A program made the translations under genes and the position numbers. A DNA stretch of 64,000 nucleotides from Balanoglossus misakiensis (Eukaryota > Animalia > Hemichordata): assembly GCA_040954595.2 (NCBI GenBank), contig CM082596.2, positions 2,013,854-2,077,853 on the forward strand, read 5' to 3'. Positions 32,240-46,500 of the stretch are shown here, piece after piece (positions within the stretch are counted from its first letter, which is position 1; each line of letters opens with the position of its first letter). The notes beneath the pieces are model-generated. The model was not told the origin of the DNA, made no database searches, and worked only from the letters and a program-made list of their open reading frames with translations.

Positions 32240-32990
32240 TAGACGCCATGGTAACTAGCTCCAGGATCCTGGGCTTCTTGGCTTGACCTCGCTCTTGAAA
32301 TGAAGTGGATACAAGAAGCAAGCATTGGAGTCTGAAGGCCAGGTCAGAATGTCCATTGTGCAGTGACCTATGTGTCGGGGGTAGATCAGAAATTGTCTAG
32401 GAGATGCCTGAGTTTTATTGAGAGAAGTCACACCGATGTGGATCCGTGTTGACAGATTGATCGTGAAATGTGATCGGTTATTGAGAGCAAGTGTTGTACA
32501 ACAGTATTTGAACTATGCGGTCTTCTCTGTTGGATACAGAACAAATAGTTCTGTGTAAACATCGGTTGATCCGTGCATGGGTGTGTACGTGTGTGGTGGG
32601 GTTCAGACTGGACAGTTTTGTGTTGGCCCTGGATTGGTCTCGACCGTTGAGGTCGCTGTGTGTAGTAAAAATGCACTACACACATCGCCTCCGACTTTGA
32701 CGGTGCCCATGTTCTAAATAGCTAATCCACACACACTGCCTGGGACCATTTACACAGTTTTTGGTCCACACGTGAAGATCCGACATGAAATTAGAGATGA
32801 ATGATGATTGTTTCACGGTTGGAGATCCTGCTTGATGTTTGGCCACAGGCAAGGTTCTCTGTTGTTAGTGTTACAAGGCCCTGTTTTCGTCCCTGGGCGG
32901 GGCACTCACTTCAAATGATGAAGTGTAGACGCACGTCAAATCTAATCCCCGAAGAAGATTATCCGAGCCTTGGCCCTGAAGGAAGGTCCA
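32240..32990. ncRNA. Candidate structured non-coding RNA or lncRNA exon (unassigned)
   Basis: GC-richer block with no credible ORF and several nested stems (see findings). No known family was recognised. Confidence 0.3.
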
Positions 32991-34575
32991 AGTTCAACTG
33001 TCTATGCTTTAAAGTACTTCGTGATAACACATTTTTAATCACCAGTTTCTTGGTCAAATAATTTTTTACACCAAAGAGCCATCATGTAATCAATGAAAAG
33101 TTCGTTCAATTTCTTACATTTCTGTCCATCGAAAATTGTAAACTATTAGTGTTGGAAGTGTTTGTTTTGCATCGTAAAATTACCAATTAGGAAAGTTTAG
33201 TTGAAATATAACGGATCAAAATGATAAACCGAGAATATGCGCTTAACGTAAATTGGCCAAAGTTACCGAATTAACTGAAATGGGATCGCTTTTTGAGTAA
33301 TTTTTAGGCCTTGATTAGGCCAACATCTTTACTGACACTACACCTTCTACAACTTCTGGATATTATCATACAAAATACATAAATCTAATCAAATTCTTAA
33401 ATATAATTTAGTTGCTGTGTGACACCGGAACATGCCAAATAATTGTAAGTTATTATACGTAATGACTTCCACCTTGCACACGTAATTTTATCTGTCAATC
33501 TATCAGTATGTAACTGGCGAACTATAGCTTATGTCACAGTGTATCGAATGCCTGATTAAGTAATAAACTTACTGATTGTTTTCTTGCTTAATAAGGCCAA
33601 TTTTGTGCTTGATTGGTGCTAGTTCCTGATAAGGAGTAAAATTATGTACGGTTTAAGGAAATTGGAATCGAATGCCTCTACTGATTGATAATTTAGCTTG
33701 GTGACTTCCAAATTACACTCTGATTTTATTTTTTCGTTTGTTCTATTGACTTTAAAAGTATTCCGTATGTGCTTCAACTAAAGTTTTCTGTCAGTATCTG
33801 TACAATAAAACAGCTATACAGTAGTTAGTACACTGTCGTTGATAATTAAATTTAAAACTAGTGAGTATTGAATTCTATTATTGTCAAAACATCGAGTGCA
33901 TTATTATAAAGATGACAATGATGATGAAGAATTAGTTTCTCGTGGTATAGGCCTACTGGACAATTTGCTTCTTTGTGCCTATTAGACTGTATCAAACTTT
34001 CAGACGTTGATTGGTTTGCTACAATTTCTTTTGTTTCGTGGACTATGCTATTACAATAGAAATGGACATCATATATCTAATCGATCCTGGAACACACGCC
34101 ATGAAATCTACACGTGGACGTTCTAAAGATGGCCTAGGTAACTCGACCAACCGTACCAACATTGGACACAATGAACACCCTTATTTTCTGTCGGCAACAT
34201 GAAAGAATAAGTGTTTCGATAAACACTTAAGTCTTATCTACGATTTTATTTACCTGACAAACCAACCTTTGCCATTTTTATCATATAGCTGATAACTTCT
34301 CGCGTTCCCTCAACTCTTAATGGTATATTCCGAAGTCTGACCTACCCGTGTAAGTTTATCTTCATTAGTTATTCAACATGGCGTTAATGTTGTGATGTGA
34401 TGGTAGCTGTGGACGCGATGAGGTCTTTTGGCTGAATTCCCGAAATTTTGCCGAATTCTTGGGATTTATTCGACGCAAGCTATGGTGCTACCTATTGACA
34501 TATCTGAACGAGTGATAAAATTATTTTTCCAGGTTTATTCTTTAGTTTTTCGTTGTACTGAACCTTCGTAAAGCC

Positions 34576-37500
34576 ATGCCACTAACACTGGAGAGACGAA
34601 GGTAAGTTAGTGTAGCATAGCAGTCAGCTTTTTAGGCCGGGTTTTTTACGGCTTTGTCCGCGTTAACTTTTAAAGGGATCATTGTTGACGCTTACAGTTC
34701 TTGCTAAAGCAAGTTGAATATAAGCCCAATTCGCTTGATTTTTTAACTTTTAAACACGACCGACAGAATGTGCTTAAACTTGATTTCCATAGTGTTAAGA
34801 AGCGCGCGTCGGAAGCCTTTGGGTTTTATCAATTAACACCTAATCAGACGGTCTGATCAGAGAACAATGTACTTCACAACACCGTATCTCGCGTAAGGAA
34901 AGCAGCCGCTTCTTCAAGTCTTGTTTGAAGCTTGAAGGGGCACTGGCTTTCTTTCAATCCATTATCATTGATATCTAAATTCTAGAGCCCTGTGAATCTT
35001 GTCGTCTGTGACAGCGGTAGGATGACTCATGCGCAAATTTTAAGTGCGGCCGTCAGAAATGTCATAATATCCCCGGCAGAGTTTGATCTGATATTGCGCT
35101 CTTTTTACATTGCATAATAGAGATCGTAAATTGTATTATCAAATGCGGTAAGTATATTTGATATAGTTCCAAAATTCAGTCATAATTCTCTCGCTGCGAT
35201 CGGAAATTCACGCCGGTTTTTAAGTGTCGATCGGTCCACCTGAGCGAGTTTTCACCGAAAACAGGAAGTGGTCCAACCGGACAAGGTGACAACGTCCTTA
35301 GGCCTTAGGGCGATGTAGTCAGGTAGATTTGGCTACTGTCAGCTTGTCCAAAGTCCGGCTAACAGTCTCCAAAATACACAGCCGGTATCATTGACAGTAT
35401 ACTCCTGTATAATATTCCAGTTGATCGATTTGATCTAGGATTAGTAGTGGAATGGCCATGGCCTCTATGTATTGATTGGATTTGGTGATAATCATCCACT
35501 CTTGTAAATAATTCATAAGGGCTTGATTTGTATTAATTTTTTTATTATTAATTGAAGCATATCCCAGATCATTTGATTTAAACATTGAAGACACATGGCA
35601 CATGTCCTGCCCAGGTTCAACAGTCATATTTGTTTATTAATTAGCATACTTTGGTAGGCAAATGATGAAATAATTAAACTTGTTTTAGATTCTGAATCAG
35701 AATGATTTATTCCCCAAAGATCAAATAAAACCAATCTGTTGTGAGATTTCTCAAATGACTAAAACATTTTATAGTATATTTTGAGAATACTGGTGTCTTA
35801 GACTAAATTGGGACTTGTACATTTCTGTGGATAGCACAATCACCAGAAATATTCTCATTTGACTAGGTTATTATAAAAAGCGTCTATTGAATTTTCAAAA
35901 GAATTGTTTACCTGGGATTTTAAATCTTATATACCCATGCATTCAGCTATCTGTACTACTTTCATGCTTATTTCATAGTCCCAGGTTATTTTGTTAACTG
36001 GCTACCTGTTTTAGCGTATTGAAAACGTAGAATCACTGTCTTTCTTTTTGAGTTTTCATTCACAGACCTCAAGTTTCTGGGTGAGTAAGCATAATCTGCG
36101 TTTTTCGCAAAAAGCCAACAAAAAACCCTTCTGTAGTTGACAATTCTGTGGGCAACAGCTTAGCTGTTACATAAATGGCAACAAAAAAGTCTATTGAAGA
36201 GCCTCTTTTCAAGACGCTCTGCATTAGCTGGCAGGGATTCATAGCAAGCAACTTAAGACCATTGAAATGTCTGTGAATGAATGGGAAGAAGAAAATAGCC
36301 AGAGAGGGGTTCTGTTGGCATTGAGTGAAAAAATCCATTACGGTAGTTATCCATTGAAGAATGTTGTCAGAAACGTTTTTTCTTCTTATTGAGACCAGGG
36401 CTACCTCTGTGTTGTCTCAGTAGTGGGCTTCATTTTGAAGCATTCACAAAGAAGTGTAGGAGCATAGCTCTGAATTAAAGGCTTGCAGTTTTGAGCTAGA
36501 CTACACAATGCCAAGCGTAATGCACATCCAATGCCAGACGTCAGTCTCAACCAAGAATTTACTCCTTGTAACTGGCGTATTGGTGATGAATGTGGCATTA
36601 CTCCTTGGAAAACGCAAGGCACACACATGTTTGTCCAGATCATGTAAATTGTGGCCACTGAATTATGTTAAATCATGTGTCAATAGCCTTGCTTCAAGGG
36701 TGTCAGCCTATTCACTTCTTGTCTTGTCCTTTTCGCCCTATTTTCTTGTCTTACTGATTGATTGATTGTTCACTTATCAATGTACCAATTGCATTGTTTG
36801 AATGAAAATAGCCCAGGATGCCCCAGGGCGGTTTTCTTACTTGAAACTTAAAAACAAACACTCCAATCTTTCCTTTATGTTTGTCAGATAAATGTATACA
36901 TTTTGGACTGCTTCCTAAAAATCTCTCAAACCCCTGGAATTCATCTCTTAGTAAATGACTTAATTACAGCTCCATTAGCTGTACAGCTCAATTAGCTGTA
37001 TCTTGTGCTATTGTTTCAATGTTATTAGTTTTGTTAGGTGCATTGACTGCAGTGTCCTGTTCACATCTCTATGGCATAATGGAATGCCCATTATTTGTGC
37101 AGCCAGTTTTTCTCTTGAATTGAAGTCCAGGCCAGGGACAGAAGAAATTAGTGACTTGCAGACAATACCCAGGCAACAGTTATTGTGGAACTATTGCCTG
37201 AGCAGGCAACAGTTCCAAAACTGTTGACTGGAACACTGTATACCATGTGACATCATTTTGACCAATCAGAGTACAGGAAATGTGCATGGTGCTTACAATT
37301 TAGAATGTAGCTGGTGTGCTCAGGTTTGTGTCCCCCAGAAGGGATGCAAATAATAGTCGTAAACTAGAATACAACCACATATATTTAGTTAATATTTCCT
37401 GCTGTACTCTGCAAACAGCAACTGCACAGTTACACTTGAACATCTGTTCGCAAATGGACATATGGCTCTGTGAATGAGGTTGCGATTTGCAGAAATTGGT

Positions 37501-40500
37501 GAACATATTCTGAGCTTTGTCTCGTTTTCAATGATTGATAGCCTCAGTTTTGGATAATGCCTGGTCTTTCATCTTTGAATAAAATAGGCACTGATTAACT
37601 CTTAATAATTCATAAATTTAATATGATTTGGGATAAATCATACCACACTATGTATGGGTAGACCTATAAACTGTTGTGTGTTGATGTATAGCAATATGTC
37701 ATAAAATACATGTGGGAACATATTTTAAACATTTTCAAACTGGGTTTATCTTTAATGCAGGATTAAATGAAAATAACATTCTTTCAACATTGTGGCAGTA
37801 TTGTACTTCTACGCATGCCAGTGATGTGTGTTTTTTTAAAAGAAGAATTCAACTCGGTGATATTTGACGCCATCTTCGCTCCGGGAACAACAGAATCTAA
37901 GTGATTAAAAAAATTGCATGCATGCTGGAGTCTCGTATAAATATTATTTTATTGAGTCCATAACTTTGCTGAATTCAGATCAGTGTAAACATATCGTATG
38001 ATAAATAGTGGTCATACTTTCCAACATTTTGCTCGCCCTCGGAGATTGGTTCAAATTATAGTGTAGGTGTGGGATTATCTTTGCTCATTTACTGTAACGG
38101 ATAAATTCAATTGAATAATTTTATGTTAAAATTATTAAATATTATTGTGTAAAAATCAAAGTTTATCATACAAACCTTTGTCTAAGTGATGAAATTTACA
38201 TATGAAAATTTATCCGACTTAAAATTCAAAATGGCTGCCGTAAATTCTGCGGTGTTCTCAGCTGAATCTGTAAGCAAGATGAGAACAAACAGATGCTGGT
38301 CAAAAGTGTTTCACATATGAAAGCTTTCCATGTTGAAACGGAACGATTTGCAAGGCTGTAAATACTTTCTTTTCTAAACATCGGTCCCATGGTAATGTCT
38401 TTAACTGCAAAAGTGCAGCAGCTCTCAGGAATACAGTTACAAGTACCGCTAATGTAATTAATTGTTGTAACCTTCAAAGTTCAAACAGGGCCACACATGG
38501 CATATGTTATGTTTTTAACAGAGCAATCCATGCTTTTGGTTGTAATATTTCGAAGGATGTGATTATTGGAGAGCCAAGTGTGTGTCTGTCCAACGTAACG
38601 ACGCAGCTGTCGGAATTTCGTCTATATAGACGTCACTGCCGTGAACAGCAACCAGATATATATTAATTAGTGAAAATGTGTGTCGTTTGAACTTAGTAGT
38701 TTTGTAACCTGAAATGTCAAGATTTTGTTTTGACACTTGTTCAGGCATGTTGATTCCTGAAGGCTGTCTGTGATAGCTGTGCAGTACAGCTTACACAAAT
38801 AAAAATATTATGGTGTTAAATTTCTGACCAGACCTACTTCCTACCTGCAGCAACTATGTTCCAGATTCTTTAAATCTTCCACACAGCTTGCCTGTTTTTG
38901 TGTATTTCAATATGCAACAGAAATACAACAACATGCAAAGACTGTAGATTTCTATTTGACCTCTGACACCTGGTGACCTATGACATCATGCAGGGAAGGG
39001 ATTTCAGAAAGTGCACTTCAAACTGGGTGCAAATCATGGTTAAAGGGATTATTATTTTTATTGATACAATAAGAATGTTCATCTTTGGATTTTTATCATT
39101 CTTTTTTTGGAAGTATAAAGAATTGGTACTAATTTCCTGTTGAACTCTCCACCTTAGTACTGGTCACATGATGCAACATGCAGAAATTGTTATAGCCTTA
39201 TTTATGGCACACACCACTATTATAATAATGATAATTATTAATAATAATAATATTTATTATGGTTGTTTTGTTTATAGAGAAGATTTGGAGCTGTGATGGT
39301 GAACAATTTGGTCTGAAATTAACAAGCATGAGTGTTAAATTATTCTCAATTCAACAACTCATAAAAACTGATAAAGATGTGTGGCGTACCGTACCTAACA
39401 TACAATAGTAGCACAGCGAGATTCTGCAACAGCCATTTCAGTGTTTTCAAAAAGTTACATCTGTAAAAGTTGAACAAAAGAGGACCAATTAAAGAGTGGA
39501 TGCATGTCACACTGTGTTGGTTTATTCAAAATGGCTGCTGGCATAAACCCATTTGTAACATGATGAATCTATTGTCCAAACTATCGATTCGTTAAACGGC
39601 TTAGGCTCTGATCAGTACATTTTCATAATTGTTGCTATGGAAACACTTTGCCCAGAAGGTATAGGTCGAGGTATAATTTGATTAAATTTGTCGCAAATCA
39701 ATCCGTTTAACGTGTATCAATTTTCCAGATCTGGATGAATGAAGGGAGCAAACATGGAATTCTCTTTCCTTCCTTCAGAGATGAGCATGCCTTCATTACT
39801 GTGGTTGTAGCCGAGTGTCACGAAGGGTTTGATTGATTGTTCTTCGCTCCAAATGATGTTAGTCATGAGAATAGTGTGATTGCATCGGGCTAGATGATGA
39901 ATCATGGAGCCTTTGTTTCATCGACTTGCACAGGGACAGGCTGACCTTTCTGCCAATTACAGCTTTTGCAAAATAGGACTGCAAAATAAAAAGTACATGA
40001 AATCCTAAATACTGTAAATCTAGGAAGCTAGATCTTTTTTGCAATAGAAATACTGGAAAGTTAATGCACTGGGGAAACAGAATACTGTCTTTAAGTACAT
40101 TAAAAAACCAAAGCAACCAAAATTGTCTTGGAGTTTCATTTGATTGCAATTTCTGCAAATTGCAGTTATTTTGTGGACCAGACTCTCTGTATTGATTTCC
40201 TCTAAAAGCTTCAGTGACAACAGCGTCGTCTGATCTTGAGTAAATGGAACACTGTCTGCGCTGAGTGGAGACAGGAGGTACTTCTAAGTAATGGAATTCC
40301 ATAACATGGTTATTTTTTCCAATTCCAATTCTATAGGCAGATGTATATTTAATCGGAATGCCAATGATATTACACATATGTCTCGGATAATCTTTGCATT
40401 CTTCACTTTAATAACCCTGGTTGCAGATCAACATTTTCACCCCTAATTTCTATACAAAGGTTTACTCTTCATCTTGAAATCAATGGATCAGAGCAATTTG

Positions 40501-43500
40501 TGGGTGGGGCCCAGGTGAGATCATTACCTTGGCATGGCCATATAGGAATGTTGCTATGCATTTGTTTCTAAGTTGCTCTACTACAAGTAGTATGGGTCCT
40601 CTGTGACAGGTTGACTTCAGTGTCAGTCCCAGGGCAGTTTCCATCAACATTTATTAGTATTGCATTGTTGGATTTAGAGGAAGGGCATGATTCAATTTGA
40701 CATGCTATGTACAGGTTTATGTCATGTGGATTTCAATACCAGCTCTAGGATATGGCTTCACAAATAACTCAAATTTGACACAGCCGTTTAGAATTCCATC
40801 ATTCCACTGAGCTTAAAGAGGGAGTGCATGAGGCTACATTTCCTCTGAAATTTAAGATAAACTTTATAATTTCATAAAGTCAGGTACATAAGTTTACACA
40901 CACACCATAAATAAAGGAACAGCTAAGGATTAATATGATGCATAACATTTATGACCACAGCATGAATAAATAAGTGTGCAACCTGTACTAAGGTGTGATG
41001 ATACTCGAACAGACAAATTCACTGTTGTGTTAGCATGAATATTTCAAGGCAGTCTGGACTAATTCTCATTGGTGACGTGACACCATGAGATAATGGTTGG
41101 TTTTATACATCAGGCGATTTACATCAGCTGTCAGCTCTGTGTAGGTGTTAGTCAACTCAAAATAACCAATTTGGGCATACATGCTGTTTCAAATTGACCA
41201 GATCCTGATTAGTTTGTTGGACGTTGTTCTGTGTATGGCAGAGGGGGGTTGAGGAGGGCAGGGGGTTTGTCTGTCTGAAGATTTGATCTGATGTTGAATC
41301 TTAGCATGTGCACAATACCACAGCACTGCCGATCCTAGTTGCACCTCTTGCTGTGTATAAAGCTAGCCTGGAGTAAATCATTGACTCCAAATCTCTCTCC
41401 CCCTCTGCCCCTGGATCTTTAGCCATCATCAGGTCAGGATCTAAGCCATCTTGACTGGCTGTATGTAATGATCAGGCTCATAGCAACACCCATGAGGATG
41501 GTTCTACGTACATGCACAGTGGTCTAGCTATTACGTACTTGACACAAAATATTGATCTTTTCAAGTAAATTGTTTTTCCCAAGGCTAGGCTGTGTTGTTA
41601 CAGATATGCCCTGACCTTTTTATCTGTAGAGATTAATATCCCAAATAAATACTTCCGGAATTGCTGAATTGAATGACCGGTCAGACTATTATATCAGATA
41701 TTTTTGTACAACAACTACTCTAACAGCTTAGGTGCACTCACATTTATGACCTAATCACTCGCAAAGATGACCCCATCAAATATCCCAAATGGCTGCAAGT
41801 CCAGAAATAACTACCAGTTTAAAGTCATGAAAGTCAAAACATGCCCGATGGCATGTAATGATAAAATACTTCGCGTATCAAAGTTCAATGTCAAGAGCAA
41901 ACAGAAATCCATCATGGGTTAATCATTTCCTCAGGATCATGGATGGCAAGCAAAAATTTAATAAATTTATGATCAAACGTACCTATCAATATCAGGTACA
42001 TTCATTTTTTCCCGGTTTCAGAGTTGACTGGTACTTTTATAGGGCGATATCGCTGGTTGCCCTGGTGAAGGTCTGGTTGCTATGGTGCAATGCTTGACCC
42101 GGTTTATTTCAGTGTGTACTTTTATGAGAACTTCAAGCATGAACCTTGGTACTTATCATGATTGGGACACTTGGTGTGGTGAAGTTTAAATGTTCAAATG
42201 TGCAGTTTGGGTGTGGCATTGGGCTGCCTTGGTGGAACAAATTGTTACATACACAGCTGTAATTAATATTTGGTTACATCCAAGCAATGGATGATTGTTT
42301 GGCCAACAATGGGTCAGAGAACAAGAAAATTTCATTCAGGATTTATGAGATTTATTGACACTTTTTAATTAAAAGAAATATGCGCAAACCGTTTGTTTAA
42401 ATATTTTCTTCTGAATTACCAAATTAAACACACAAAATAGACCACCATCTGTAAACTCCTGTGGCTAGGATTAAGGATATGTTTTGTGCACAGGTGGAGA
42501 TTGTTTGAATAAGGTGCAGTGTGTTTTTGATGAATTTTGATAAAATCAAACGAAGCCATATTCTTGCGATCAGAGTTTTATGAGAATAAATCTTGAAAGT
42601 AGAAGTGTTCCTCTTTATGTTTTGGGGTTTGAGAGTGGTTTGATCATTCAGGTATTAAAGGTGTTTTGCTTGACCTGGTTCTGTTGTGATCCAACCCCTG
42701 CTATGTGGATTCTTCAAACACTGGGTTCCTTGTCAAAACTGGGATTTCAATGCAGAGTGTTGACATTCGTGCCAGTGTTGCCAGACTCAATATGTGTAAA
42801 ACCGTGCAAACAGATCTTGCCTGTACACTGTAGCAAAGAAACTAAACACGTTTTTATATTCGGCATGCCACATATCATGCAAATGATTTCAGTGTATACG
42901 TAGATCTGCAATATACACCACTGTGGTTTATTGTTGGCTTGGATGTGATAAATTTCGTAACAGTACCAAACAACCTCCCAAACACAAATCTCACCATGGT
43001 ACAGTAAACCAATGAAATAAAACAGTTATATGTAAAATAGCCTGTAGCAGAAAGACTGACCAAACAACAGAACAATTAAGTTCTCTTGGTAGAACTTTAA
43101 TTACTTCGAACAACAGACTGTGATGAATGGAAGAGAAATAAATTGGATTCTCGTGAAGGCAGTTAAAATATACTGTGTCGTTGTGTGGAAATTTATTCAT
43201 ATTGGTGGTCCATTTTTGGATCTTAGTTATTGGATATTTCACCCACTGGAAAACAGAGAAGTGATTCTGAACTCAAAGCTGGAGTTAGTCTTGCTTTGGC
43301 CATGGTTTCATGAGTATCCATTGGCTAGAAATCTGTCCTTGCAAACCCTGGTCCTGCAAATCCAAAGTCGCTTTAGGTTTTGAAAGAATGAGGAAAGAAC
43401 TCCACCAAACAAATATGGCATAAATCAGCCATACAATGTGGTTCTTAATTGATTGGAGGTATAAGAAGATTGATGAAAAAGACAAAGCAGTATTGTAAAC

Positions 43501-46500
43501 ATAATTAACTTTCTATGTTTCAAATTAATAGGGGATTATACTCAACAATTTATCATATTAATCTGCTGGGGAAGCCAATAATATTGTGTTCTGTTCTTTG
43601 TGCCCTTTACAGGATACTACAGTATATCATCACGCGCTGCGGATATTAGATTTATCGCAATGTACAGGATCTCAAATATAGTCACATATCACAAAAGGAG
43701 GATTTTGTTCAATTCACCTGGAAATCCACTGATCACGGATGTGGAAATCTCTCAGTGAACACACCTTTAGTGTCGGTATAATCATTTCCGATCCTCACGT
43801 GTGTGATGCATAAAGTCATCAAATAGATGCTGCGAACTTTGCACTCCTTCAAACTCCAATCAGTGACAGCATCCTTTGGGGCCAGCATCTGTTGGGTGTC
43901 GGCAAAGGATGAAAGCCAGAAATATTCAAGCATGCCAAAGATGCAGAAACTGTCTGCAGAGACAATATGATATCAGAGATCAAAATGTGATACTCTGCCA
44001 TTATGAGGTCAGATGCCTGCAGCTATCTTCATATTGGAGTGACCCGTTTTGCATTTACACCCCAAAATCTTGTCGCAAACATGTGTGTGTTTTACATTTA
44101 CATGCATGTACAAATACATACATTTGTGGTATCAATAGCTGATGTGATGCATGATTGACTCAAGTGTCAGTGTTTGCACTGAACTCTGTATGACTTACTG
44201 GTAGAGGCGAAAATTGAGAGCGGTGCAATGCTGTGATGGCTTGGTCATTGTCTCAGCGGTCAGAAATTCTAATGCAGGGTCATTGTCTATTAAAGTGGCC
44301 AGAAATTCCAGTTCCCTGTGATATTTCGGCTTATAACTTTTGTACCATGCCGATGCGGGCAAGGCCCATTATAATTGTGTGCAACAATCATCTCTATTGT
44401 TTGCACCCATCAAACCGCGAAGACGTCACTGCCAATAACTGACCTAATTTAGAGGTTGAATGGATGTATGTCATTGAAGAAAGGCTTGACTAGGACCAAG
44501 AATTCCCCTTGACAAAAAGACAGAATTAAGTTTGTTATTGTCACCCAGACTTCTGCGGTAACTTCAACCGTGTGGCACTTAATTGAGGCATTCTCAAGTT
44601 AGTCACATGGCAGTTTCTCTATATAGTCTCTTTAGTGTCAATAATTCTATCTGTGGGATATATTTGTTGATCACAAGTGGCAGTTATACATCCATAGAGT
44701 TGTCAAAGATGATGGCAACTCCTGTGATCATGATCAGGATTGATATCTGACAGGTGGACTTAGGGTTTGTTTGGAAATGGGCAAATTCTATAGCAACTAG
44801 ATTATGCCCGGTGACAATTTTGAAGTGACCAATTTCAAGTGCAGGTAGATCTTGGTACGAAACCATCTTCCCTGAAATAAACTGTACAATTTGTAACAGA
44901 TGACTTGAGACATCTGACCAGCAACTGTAATTCAGCTGATTGCGGAGACAACCAAATATCAAAGTTATATAACACTTTACTACACTTCGCAGTGCAAACA
45001 CTATTATCACAGGTGAGTTTCCTGGAGGTGAAAGGTCACCAAAGAAATTATTGATGTGTGTATATTCTAACACACTACTGTCAATGATTCTCACAAGATA
45101 GTGTAAAGATCTTAGCCTATTTGATATGTCAATGTCAGTGATGTCACACCCTGGTATCCATGCCAACAATGTGGATAGAGTGTGAGAATTTGCCCACCAT
45201 AAGTTAATTTTAAACTCAAGAACCTCGCACAGGTGTGTGATATGAGGCATCTATTACACATTTGATACTTCAGATTTGGCGTCAAGTTTATTAAAGATTA
45301 ATATATGTGCATTGAGATGTTTAATCATATCTGCGAGCTGGATTTTCTTGGTGTACATCTTTCTTTTGTTATTAATATTGGCTATAGATAAAAAATTCCA
45401 TTTGATATTAATCAAATCAGATTCTGAACAAGGTGTTAATCTAACAGTGTGACCGGCTGAGGTAGGTGGGAATATGAGCCCACCTTATTTGTCTGCCAAC
45501 CACACAAGTCGGAATTGCCGCCCCTCTGGGTTGGTCTGTCCAACCCCTGAGGTGCTAGGTCACCCCATTTCCGTAAATTGTAATTTACGATAACACTCTA
45601 AATGAGATGGGCTGAGTCAATGGCTTTATTGTTCAATTTAGACTACGTGTGAAAAGCGGTGTGAATTCTAATTTGCTTTCCGAGTTTCACCCAACAAACA
45701 TGCCAAGATGAATTACTTCAGAGAGAAAATTTTAGTGGTTGTTTTTAATCCACTTTATGACCTGGTAGCTCTATCAGCACTTCAGATGTATCTGTTATTG
45801 TGACCCTAGCATACCTGGCATACATAGGGTGCGTTGATGTGTGACGTCGTATTTTTGTCTTATCGGCAGCTTTTATTGTCAGATTCTGTCAGCAAAGGTT
45901 AACAGTGAATTTTTATAGCCAGTTCTATTTTTATTGTCTTTGTTTTATGATGTCAAATAACATCAACATACATTGTAGCTGTAGAGAGAAAAAAGAGAGG
46001 GGGAGAAGGAGGGTTGGGAGGGAGGGGTGGGGTTAGTCACGCTTCGTACCATTTCACTAAAAAGATCACAACAAACCCCTCCCTAGACCTTGCCCTTCAT
46101 TGATAAGTCTTGTTTTACTGAAGCTGAAGGCCCTCTCCACTTGAACTACAAATATTTACAGAAACTCTGAAATTTTCACTCAGTGCCTTAGATTGATCCA
46201 AAACCACTGTTTTCTGTGGTAAATTTGGACCTCTACAAATTAAGGGAAAGGGTTGAAATGATGTTGGTAGTGCCAATTTTGAGGTTTTGGCTTGTTACCA
46301 GACACCCATGTTAAATAAAATCCCAAACTTTATACAATTTTTGTAAGATTTTGTATAATCGTTAGTTTTAGTAAATTCACCTTGAAATCAGCTTGTGTCA
46401 TGCTTGGAAACCCAACTCCAAGTGTTTTGTTTTCAACATGTATAGTGTACACCTCTGTTTGAAGGATAATTGCTTTGCAAGGATGAGATGTAATATGAGA

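Noticed and set aside
32449-32461. TTGACAGATTGAT resembling 18S rRNA
   Set aside because: A 13-nt match only; the flanks do not follow rRNA.
32910-32990. Hammerhead/Penelope-like cores (TGATGAAG, CGAAGAAG, CTGAAGG)
   Set aside because: No complete CUGANGA...GAAA core with closing stems.
37780-38460. Probable decayed DNA-transposon fragments (ttcaaaatggctgc also at ~39525; similar repeat-like sequence at 33010-33310 and 30880-30975)
   Set aside because: Boundaries, TIRs and TSDs cannot be defined by eye.
39859-40377. 172-aa minus-strand ORF
   Set aside because: No motif, no promoter context and no phase-consistent neighbouring exons.
44684-45250. 188-aa minus-strand ORF
   Set aside because: Composition is typical of random AT-rich sequence, with no recognisable domain or supporting exon structure.
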